From the IMG/VR virus record IMGVR_UViG_2671180680_000012: a stretch of 7,160 nucleotides of DNA; one strand, written 5' to 3'. Positions 1 to 6,278 of the stretch are shown here, in pieces. The DNA comes from a virus (lineage: Duplodnaviria > Heunggongvirae > Uroviricota > Caudoviricetes). Below the pieces are notes generated by a model. The model saw only the letters and a program-made list of their open reading frames with translations, made no database searches and was not told the origin of the DNA. The position numbers were made by a program, and so were the translations under genes. How positions within the stretch are numbered: position 1 is the stretch's first letter; every line of letters starts with the position of its first letter.

Positions 1-2
1 AG

Positions 3-581
3 GGACAGCTGATAGAAACAGAAGCCACTGGAGCACCTCAAAAACACCATCATACACTAAATCAGTAAGTTGGCAGCATCACCGGGGGCGCAGACCCTGA
101 TTATGTTATCTGGGCGAAAGAAGTTCAGGGTATTAACCGTGCATGGACTTTCAGACACTGGAAAGGCACTGGAACGGTTGGCGTGATGGTGGCGACAAAC
201 GATCCGGAACGCCCGGCCCCGGATGAAAGCGTGATTAACGCAGTCAGGGACCACATCCTTCCTCTGGCACCTGTTGCCGGAAGCGGATTGTATGTATTCG
301 GTGCCACAGAAAAAGTCATCCCGATGACGATTGCATTATCGAAAGACACACCGCAGATCAGGACTGCAATAAAAGCAGAGCTGAATGCACTGATGTTACG
401 GGATGGTGTGCCAGAGGGGCGTATGTATCTGTCCAGAATCAGTGAGGCCATCAGTTTGTCTGCTGGTGAAGTGGCCCACCGGTTAATCGTCCCTTCATCG
501 GATATTGACCTGGGGGAGACCGAGCTTCCGGTGCTCGGCGAGATCACCTGGCAGGCTTATGACCCGGCAAGGAGTAAATAA
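3..581 (+). pseudogene. Baseplate assembly protein J-like (P2 gpJ / Mu gp47 family), 3' part; gene continues upstream of the window and is interrupted by in-frame TAA at 66-68
   Basis: Frame 0 is open 69-581 and encodes GADPDYVIWAKEVQGINRAW...LYVFGATEKVIPMTIAL..., resembling the C-terminal half of J-family baseplate proteins. There is no ATG/GTG/TTG between 69 and GTG 183, so the conserved segment 69-182 cannot be translated on its own. The same frame upstream (3-65) is also open and protein-like. Position immediately 5' of a gpI-like gene matches P2 J-I-H-G order. Confidence 0.55.
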
Positions 582-1171
582 TGGATTCGTTACAGGATGA
601 TTATACAAAGCTGCTGTACGGACTGATGCCGCCGGGGCCTGCATGGTCAGATACCGACGGTGTACTTGACGGTCTGGCACCATCGCTTGTGCGTGTTCAC
701 CAGCGGGCTGATGAACTGGTGATTGAAATCGATCCCGGTCAGTCCACAGAGCTGATTGAACGTTATGAAGAATTGTATGGTTTACCTGATTCCTGTTCCC
801 CTGTCGGAACCCAGACATTACGCCAGCGTCAGCAACGTCTTGAAGCAAAAGCCAATGTGGCTGGTGGCATAAATGAGCAGTTCTTCCTGGATCAGCTTGA
901 GGCGCTGGGATATACCGGCGTAACGATCGAACAGTTCCAGCACTTGGATGCAAGCCCCGATCCGGAATGGGGAGATCGCTGGCGTTATTTCTGGCGTGTG
1001 ACGTTGCCGATGGATGCCGGTGCTCAGTGGCAGACATGCACGGACGCCTGCAACACACCGATCCGGACGTGGGGGGATACGGTTGCGGAGTGCGTGATTA
1101 ATAAATTATGTCCGTCACACACCGTCGTTTTATTTTCCTATCCAGATGAGGATGAAGATGCACAGGATTGA
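581..1171 (+). CDS. Phage tail/baseplate protein, P2 gpI / Mu gp48 / YmfQ-like (DUF2313-type)
   Basis: 196-aa ORF. N-terminus MDSLQDDYTKLLYGLMPPGPAWS...ELIERYEELYGLPDSC matches the pattern I recall for YmfQ/DUF2313 tail proteins. SD AAGGAG at 569-574, 6 nt before ATG 581. Start overlaps the J stop as TAATG (579-583). Confidence 0.8.
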   Translation: MDSLQDDYTKLLYGLMPPGPAWSDTDGVLDGLAPSLVRVHQRADELVIEIDPGQSTELIERYEELYGLPDSCSPVGTQTLRQRQQRLEAKANVAGGINEQFFLDQLEALGYTGVTIEQFQHLDASPDPEWGDRWRYFWRVTLPMDAGAQWQTCTDACNTPIRTWGDTVAECVINKLCPSHTVVLFSYPDEDEDAQD

Positions 1172-2198
1172 TACGCTGACTGCGGTAAAAGATAAGTTTG
1201 GTCCGGGTAAGAACGGATTTACTGACGGAAATCTTCGCACAGGACGTCTTGCTACCTGGCTGAACAGTGCCATGTGGAATGCCATTCAGGAGGAAATCTG
1301 TGGTGTCATTGAGAAGGCCGGGATAGAACTGAATAAAGAAGAACACGACCAGCTATATAAGGCTATATTATTGCTGGTGGGCGGTGCAATTAACGAAGAG
1401 GCATTGCTGATAAAAAATAACCTTTCGGATGTGGAAGACAGGGATGAGGCTGTTGAAAACCTCGGATTAAAACCCACGGTGGATAAGGCAAAAAATGCCG
1501 TTCAGCGTGATGGCGACACCATGACCGGAGAGCTGAAAATCCGTGGTGTTAATGCGCTGAGGATTTTCAACGAAGCTTTTGGCCTGATTTTTCGTCGTTC
1601 GGAAGAGTGCCTGCACCTTATTCCCACCAGTGAAGGTCAGGGGGAAAATGGCGATATTGGTCCCCTGCGCCCGTTCACCATTAATCTGCGGACGGGTGAA
1701 ATATCCATGTCGCATAAAGTGTCTGTTGGCGGTGGTTCGCAGGTCAATGGTGCGCTGGGTATCGGCGTTCAGAACGCCCTGGGGGGGAATTCAATTGTTC
1801 TTGGTGATAATGACACCGGATTCAAACAGAATGGTGATGGCCTGCTGGATGTTTATGCCAATAGCGTGCATGTGTTGCGTTTTCAGAGTGGCAGTATCCA
1901 GAGTAATAAAGCTGTAAACGTTACAGGACGGGTAACACCGTCAGACTACGGAAACTTTGATGCCCGTTACCAGCAGCGAAATGGTGGCGTGCAGGATGTG
2001 CGGTATGGTTATGAAATGTATTACACCCCCGGCAGTAACACCGTTTCGTGGACATTTCGCTCACCTTCGGGACACGGGCTGTCAGGGATATCGATATCGG
2101 ATACCGGCCGTAACTCAGCGGATAACGTCAACGGCGTGTATTACCGACCGCTGCAAAAACTGATTAATGGCACCTGGTATAACGTAGCGAGTATTTAA
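1158..2198 (+). CDS. Tail fibre protein, chimeric: Mu S/e14 Stf-type N-terminal domain fused to a P2 gpH-type C-terminal receptor-binding region
   Basis: ORF open from 1146. Start ATG 1158 preferred because GAGG 1148-1151 lies 6 nt upstream; ATG 1146 and 1152 are alternatives. N-terminus has WLNSAMWNAIQEEICGVIEKAGIELNKEEHDQLYKAI. Downstream has NAVQRDGDTMTGEL, then NALGGNSIVLGDNDTGFKQNGDGLLDVYANS and terminal LINGTWYNVASI, which closely resemble what I recall of the P2 gpH C-terminus. Overlaps the upstream gene by 14 nt. Confidence 0.85.
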   Translation: MHRIDTLTAVKDKFGPGKNGFTDGNLRTGRLATWLNSAMWNAIQEEICGVIEKAGIELNKEEHDQLYKAILLLVGGAINEEALLIKNNLSDVEDRDEAVENLGLKPTVDKAKNAVQRDGDTMTGELKIRGVNALRIFNEAFGLIFRRSEECLHLIPTSEGQGENGDIGPLRPFTINLRTGEISMSHKVSVGGGSQVNGALGIGVQNALGGNSIVLGDNDTGFKQNGDGLLDVYANSVHVLRFQSGSIQSNKAVNVTGRVTPSDYGNFDARYQQRNGGVQDVRYGYEMYYTPGSNTVSWTFRSPSGHGLSGISISDTGRNSADNVNGVYYRPLQKLINGTWYNVASI

Positions 2199-2200
2199 CA

Positions 2201-2746
2201 ATGTTGCATTTAAAAAATATTACGGCAGGTAATCCGAAAACCGCGGAATAATATCAGCTGACAAAACAGTATGATGTCACCTGGCTTTTTTCGGAAGACG
2301 GCAAAAACTGGTATGAAGAACAGAAGAACTTTGCCAGTGACACCATAAAAATGGTTTACACCGGAGACGGGCGCGTGGTGTGGGTCGGTAAGGATGTGAC
2401 AGGCATTGAACCCCGTAACGCCAGTGTTATTGAAGTTCCTGATATTACCGCCAACCGCCGCATTACCGCGCCGGGTTACTGGTTTTACCGCAATGATGAA
2501 TTTGTCTTTGACTACAGACTCAAAGCGGAAGATGAGCGTGATGCCCTTCTGGCTCAGGTCAGTGCCCGGACAGGGGAATGGGAAGAAGACCTGCTGCTGG
2601 GGCTAATCAGCGACGAAGACCGGGAAAAACTGAAAGCGTACCGTATTTACGCGAAATCGCTGCAGGCGATGGATTTCAGCACCATCACTGATAAATCCTC
2701 ATATAACGCCATTGAATGGTCCGTCTCTCCGGAAGGTTCTTCCTGA
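2201..2746 (+). pseudogene. Tail fibre assembly protein (P2 gpG / Mu U type) interrupted by in-frame TAA at 2249-2251
   Basis: ATG 2201 lies 2 nt after the fibre stop. Translation gives MLHLKNITAGNPKTAE-stop-YQLTKQYDVTWLFSEDGKNWYEEQKNF..., matching the conserved N-terminus of P2 G/Mu U chaperones as I recall them. The same frame then runs open to TGA 2744-2746. The ORF track only recovers the restart fragment 2351-2746. Confidence 0.8.
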
Positions 2747-2769
2747 TTTAATTTATCGCGAGAAAAACT

Positions 2770-4038
2770 ATGTCTGTAGTGATATCAGGTGCGCTGACTG
2801 ATGGCGCAGGCATCCCCATGTCCGGATGCCAGATTATTCTGAAATCCCGTGTAAACACCTCAGAAGTGGTGATGCGTACCAGGGCTGATGTAGTGACCGG
2901 AAATAACGGTGAATATTCGTTTGAGGCACAGGTCGGAAAATATTGCGTGTATCTGAAACGGGACTGGCGCGACGAGTACTGTGTTGGCGACATTGCTGTA
3001 TACGACGACTCAAAGCCCGGCACGCTGAATGACTTTCTGATTGCTCCTGATGAGGGCGACCTGAAACCGGATGTCGTCAAACGCTTTGAGGAAATGGTGG
3101 CGCAGGCGCAGCAGAGCGCCGGGGCCGCAGCCGGAAACGCACAGCAGACGGCGCAGGATGTGGCGGCAGCCGCAGGTTATGCCCGCGCAGCAGAGCAGGC
3201 CAAAAATGACATTGATGCTGCGCTGACCGGCACTCTGAAAACGGCTAACCATCTGTCTGAAATCGCAGCAGCAGGCGAAAAGGCACAACAGAAGTCCCGG
3301 GATAATCTGGGGCTGAAAAGTGCGGCCACGATGGAAGCACAGAGCGACATTTACGACCGGACAAAAGGCCGTCTGGCGATACCCGGCGCATTCGGCTTTG
3401 GGTGTGCTTTTCTGCCTGAAGATGTTATCCGTTTTGACACTAAGAGTGATTTCCTGGCCTGGGTAAGGAATGCGCTGCCAGGTGAATATTCCGTTGCTGG
3501 CCCCTACGACATCATCATACCCGACACACGGTTTGAAGGGGTGCTCAGCATCCGGTGGACTGATGCACGCCCTGAGACAACAGAACCGAGGTACAGAGCC
3601 AAATCCCTTACTTTTTACGGCATTAACGGCCCCATTTATCACACCCGCTACTGCTACTGGCCCATATCCAGACTGACTGGCTGGGTGAAAATAAATATAA
3701 CCACAGAAGATATTATTTACAGAATCGTGGCGAGCTCTGTCTGCAACAGATGGGGAGACCCTGACATTGGCGGGCTGATTATTGCTGCGTACCAGGGAGA
3801 AGCTGACGGTGATAAAGTCATCAGACTTGTCAGGGGGCAGTCATACAGAGGCTCACGACTGGGACCGGTGGGGATTTCAGTGCCCAGTACTCCCACCGGA
3901 ACGTATATAGCATCCCCACAATTTTTCATTACGGGATGTTCAGAGCATTCATTACCGGGGTCATATAGCGCCCTGTCCGGGGTGCCGGATGCTCATGTCT
4001 CTGGCGCAATGCCCGGGCTTTTTATTCGCACATCGTGA
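2770..4038 (+). CDS. Side tail fibre protein with lambda Stf-type N-terminal domain (Phage_tail_N-like), Ala/Gln-rich stalk and an unrecognised C-terminal domain
   Basis: 422-aa ORF. N-terminus MSVVISGALTDGAGIPMSGCQIILKSRVNTSEVV...VYDDSKPGTLNDFL parallels the lambda Stf N-terminus as I recall it (MAVKISGVLKDGTGKPVQNCTIQLKA...VYEDSQPGTLNDFL). Followed by an AQAQQSAGAAAGNAQQTAQDVAAAAG low-complexity stalk. Weak SD GAGAAA before ATG 2770. Confidence 0.8.
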   Translation: MSVVISGALTDGAGIPMSGCQIILKSRVNTSEVVMRTRADVVTGNNGEYSFEAQVGKYCVYLKRDWRDEYCVGDIAVYDDSKPGTLNDFLIAPDEGDLKPDVVKRFEEMVAQAQQSAGAAAGNAQQTAQDVAAAAGYARAAEQAKNDIDAALTGTLKTANHLSEIAAAGEKAQQKSRDNLGLKSAATMEAQSDIYDRTKGRLAIPGAFGFGCAFLPEDVIRFDTKSDFLAWVRNALPGEYSVAGPYDIIIPDTRFEGVLSIRWTDARPETTEPRYRAKSLTFYGINGPIYHTRYCYWPISRLTGWVKINITTEDIIYRIVASSVCNRWGDPDIGGLIIAAYQGEADGDKVIRLVRGQSYRGSRLGPVGISVPSTPTGTYIASPQFFITGCSEHSLPGSYSALSGVPDAHVSGAMPGLFIRTS

Positions 4039-4048
4039 GGAATGCACC

Positions 4049-4876
4049 GTGGAAATTAAAAAAATCATTAATCCCCGTTATACCGAAAGTGGCGCAGTAG
4101 ACTGTGACGTTTTTTTTGACGACAGGGACCAGGCAGTCCCCTACACAGCCACCGCTGATGATGTCGCACCGACGGGTCAGCGAATCTGGCAGGAACTGCA
4201 AAGTGGCAAATGGGGTGAGATAGCCCCATTCACTGTGACACCAGAAATGCTGGAAGCGGCCAGAGAGGCCAGACGTCAGGAAATTGAAGCATGGCGCACA
4301 GAACAGGAGGCGAAGCCGTTCACGTTTGAATGGAACGGTCGTATCTGGAATGCTGGCCCCAACTCACTGGGCCGCCTGTCCCCGGTAGTCATGCTGGCAA
4401 AATCTGTCACAGCACAAACNNNNNNNNNNNNNNNNNNNNNNNNNNNNNNNNNNNNNNNNNNNNNNNNNNNNNNNNNNNNNNNNNNNNNNNNNNNNNNNNN
4501 NNNNNNNNNNNNNNNNNNNNNNNNNNNNNNNNNNNNNNNNNNNNNNNNNNNNNNNNNNNNNNNNNNNNNNNNNNNNNNNNNNNNNNNNNNNNNNNNNNNN
4601 NNNNNNNNNNNNNNNNNNNNNNNNNNNNNNNNNNNNNNNNNNNNNNNNNNNNNNNNNNNNNNNNNNNNNNNNNNNNNNNNNNNNNNNNNNNNNNNNNNNG
4701 ATGCCGATAATCAGCAGGTGAAACTGTCGATGCCGGAACTGGAAGAACTGGCGGCAGCAATGGTGCAGGCGCAGGTCGATCGCAACGATGAGATTTATCG
4801 CCGTCAGCGTGAAATGAAAGAGGAGCTGAGTGGTCTGGAGGATTTGGGAACAATTAGAGCGTTTGATGTTACGTAA
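4049..4876 (+). CDS. Putative tail fibre assembly/chaperone protein (assigned by position; interior masked by N-run 4420-4699)
   Basis: In-frame GTG 4049 with SD GAGG 4037-4040 eight nt upstream, directly after the Stf-like stop (TGA 4036-4038). The frame is continuous in register across the 280-nt N-run and ends at TAA 4874-4876, followed by a strong terminator. No recognised P2 G/Mu U N-terminal motif. The ORF-track start ATG 3989 would overlap the fibre gene by 50 nt and is less likely. Confidence 0.5.
   Translation: MEIKKIINPRYTESGAVDCDVFFDDRDQAVPYTATADDVAPTGQRIWQELQSGKWGEIAPFTVTPEMLEAAREARRQEIEAWRTEQEAKPFTFEWNGRIWNAGPNSLGRLSPVVMLAKSVTAQXXXXXXXXXXXXXXXXXXXXXXXXXXXXXXXXXXXXXXXXXXXXXXXXXXXXXXXXXXXXXXXXXXXXXXXXXXXXXXXXXXXXXXXXXXXXXXDADNQQVKLSMPELEELAAAMVQAQVDRNDEIYRRQREMKEELSGLEDLGTIRAFDVT
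4420..4699. other. Run of 280 ambiguous bases (masked sequence or assembly gap) inside the putative chaperone gene
   Basis: Contiguous n characters. Reading frame is in register on both sides, consistent with length-preserving masking. Confidence 0.99.
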
Positions 4877-4922
4877 TTGGTAAGCTGCATCGTGTTAAAT
4901 TGTTACCCTTATTTACAACTAG

Positions 4923-4956
4923 AAAAGCCTCTGACTTCATAATCAGAGGCTTTTTT
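4923..4956 (+). terminator. Rho-independent terminator closing the tail-fibre operon (potentially bidirectional)
   Basis: Perfect 12-bp stem AAAAGCCTCTGA (4923-4934) / TCAGAGGCTTTT (4943-4954), 8-nt loop CTTCATAA, T-run to 4956. Lies 47 nt after the stop at 4876. Confidence 0.85.
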
Positions 4957-4973
4957 GAAATGCACGTGCATTT

Positions 4974-5222
4974 NNNNNNNNNNNNNNNNNNNNNNNNNNN
5001 NNNNNNNNNNNNNNNNNNNNNNNNNNNNNNNNNNNNNNNNNNNNNNNNNNNNNNNNNNNNNNNNNNNNNNNNNNNNNNNNNNNNNNNNNNNNNNNNNNNN
5101 NNNNNNNNNNNNNNNNNNNNNNNNNNNNNNNNNNNNNNNNNNNNNNNNNNNNNNNNNNNNNNNNNNNNNNNNNNNNNNNNNNNNNNNNNNNNNNNNNNNN
5201 NNNNNNNNNNNNNNNNNNNNNN
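4974..5222. other. Run of 249 ambiguous bases covering the predicted 3' 135 nt of ssrA and about 114 nt of the prophage/ssrA junction
   Basis: Contiguous n characters. Visible ssrA sequence begins at 5223, corresponding to tmRNA nt 228. Confidence 0.99.
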
Positions 5223-5450
5223 CGCTTCAACCCCAGGCAGGGCTTCCACGCGATCTCTTTTGGGTTTGACCTCTCTTGATCCCCGTCCTAAGAGCGGAGG
5301 CTAGGGAGAGAGGGCTCTAAGCAGGTTATTAAGCTGCTAAAGCGTAGTTTTCGTCGTTTGCGACTATTTTTTGCGGCTTTTTACGAGGCCAACCGCCCCT
5401 CGGCATGCACCTTGGGTTTCGCAAATCCCGTCGAATCCAGAATCAGCCCC
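5088..5450 (-). ncRNA. ssrA: tmRNA (SsrA). Only 5223-5450 (tmRNA nt 1-228) is visible; the 3' end at about 5088 is inferred from the canonical 363-nt length and lies in the N-run
   Basis: Reverse complement of 5441-5450 is GGGGCTGATT, the mature tmRNA 5' end. Reverse complement of 5329-5361 is GCAAACGACGAAAACTACGCTTTAGCAGCTTAA, encoding the ANDENYALAA tag plus stop. The whole visible stretch matches the E. coli ssrA sequence as I recall it. smpB lies immediately upstream in the same orientation. Confidence 0.93.
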
Positions 5451-5464
5451 AATGTGTAAAGGTA

Positions 5465-5473
5465 AGTATACCA
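5465..5473 (-). promoter_or_regulatory. ssrA: ssrA promoter, extended -10 element (TGGTATACT on the minus strand)
   Basis: On the minus strand TGG-TATACT sits 14 nt upstream of the mature tmRNA 5' end, consistent with a short processed leader. No good -35 hexamer at 16-18 bp spacing, as is typical of extended -10 promoters. Confidence 0.55.
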
Positions 5474-5664
5474 GATTTATGAGCGCCATGACCAGCCTCA
5501 ATGGCGTTATCGTTAAAGATTTAGCACCCATGTAGCCTGATTTTTATTCGATTAAGCAATGGGATGGCAACATTTGTGTCGGATGTGATAGCCAATAAGA
5601 TGTTCATTCGCGCCGCCGGAGAGGGAGGCGCGGTGAGGAACTGGTCAATAATTGGAGTGCAGGT

Positions 5665-6147
5665 TTAACGGTGGGCGTTTTTCATGATACGTGCTTTATC
5701 CACCTGCCATTCGCGTTCTTTGATATCTGAACGTTTATCGTGCTGTTTTTTACCTTTGGCGACGCCGATTTTCACTTTGCACCAGGCATTTTTCCAGTAC
5801 AGGGAGAGCGCCACTACGGTATAGCCTTCTCGATTGACGCGACCGTACAATGAGTCCAGTTCGCGCTGGTTGAGAAGTAACTTGCGGGTACGGGTAGGAT
5901 CGCACACCACATGCGTGGAGGCCACGGCCATTGGCGTGATGTTAGCGCCAAACAGAAATGCCTCTCCGTCACGCAGAAGGACGTAGCTGTCGCTGATATT
6001 GGCTTTTCCTGCGCGCAGGGATTTAACTTCCCAGCCTTGCAGGGCAAGTCCCGCTTCGAACTCTTCTTCGATAAAGTATTCGTGACGGGCGCGCTTGTTA
6101 AGCGCGATGGTCGCTGAACCAGGTTTATGTGCTTTTTTCTTCGTCAT
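5665..6147 (-). CDS. smpB: SsrA-binding protein SmpB
   Basis: 160-aa [56 protein letters not shown]... matches E. coli SmpB as I recall it. Canonical position directly upstream of ssrA on the same strand. Confidence 0.96.
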
Positions 6148-6278
6148 AAGCGTCGTGAATCATCGGTAATCTGAAATCGAAAACACCCCATATCAATCCT
6201 GCGGGGGACAAGGCTCTATCTTAGCATGAACCCGATGTTACCCAGCGCCGGGATAGCGTTTTTTTTACAGCAGGATAA

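Larger units (their letters stand above)
1..5087. mobile_element. Distal end of a cryptic P2/Mu-like prophage (tail-fibre module J-I-H-G plus a second fibre/chaperone cassette) abutting the 3' end of ssrA; right boundary approximate and masked
   Basis: Contiguous co-directional phage tail genes in P2 J-I-H-G order with translational coupling. Two of them carry nonsense lesions. The block ends at a terminator about 130 nt from the inferred ssrA 3' end, a classic integration site. The flanking genes are core chromosomal. Confidence 0.7.

Noticed and set aside
57-547. Minus-strand ORFs (57-254, 125-547) antisense to the baseplate J-like gene
   Set aside because: Fully embedded opposite a confidently homologous coding frame; no RBS; composition typical of antisense shadow ORFs.
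495-1058. 187-aa minus-strand ORF
   Set aside because: Antisense to the gpI/YmfQ-like gene, Arg/His/Pro-rich, no recognisable family, no SD; shadow ORF.
1630-2163. Small + strand ORFs (1630-1917, 1957-2163) in alternative frames of the fibre gene
   Set aside because: Out-of-frame overlaps inside a well-supported fibre CDS; Cys/Met-rich and implausible.
2353-2360. GGTTTACA, matching a gix right half-site
   Set aside because: Only 8 contiguous matches with a poor left half; expected by chance at this window size.
2406-2606. 66-aa + strand ORF inside the chaperone pseudogene
   Set aside because: Alternative frame of a region whose main frame carries the conserved chaperone sequence.
3584-3592. 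AACCGAGGT, a second invertase-core-like 9-mer in inverted orientation relative to the 1456-1465 site
   Set aside because: Flanking half-sites do not match. Inversion of 1462-3590 would fuse the fibre N-terminus to the antisense of the Stf-like gene, which is biologically senseless. A 9-mer match in a 7-kb window is plausibly chance.
3010-3642. 210-aa minus-strand ORF
   Set aside because: Antisense to the Ala/Gln-rich stalk of the Stf-like fibre, giving a Cys/Arg-rich mirror product; no independent support.
3989-4048. ATG 3989 as the start of the downstream chaperone gene (ORF-track call)
   Set aside because: Would overlap the fibre CDS by 50 nt in another frame and has no SD; GTG 4049 with GAGG 8 nt upstream, right after the fibre stop, is more plausible.
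4330-5304. Several ORFs (4330-4710, 4407-4853, 4869-5249, 4900-5304, 4943-5230, 4955-5269) made mostly of X residues
   Set aside because: Artefacts of translating through the N-runs; the 5223-5304 portions are antisense or out-of-frame readings of ssrA.
5596-5625. GC-rich inverted repeat CGCGCC...GGCGCG downstream of smpB
   Set aside because: Long loop and no U-tract on either strand; not a convincing intrinsic terminator or structured RNA.
5814-6117. ORFs 5814-6047 (minus) and 5911-6117 (plus) within smpB
   Set aside because: Alternative-frame and antisense ORFs inside a highly conserved core gene.
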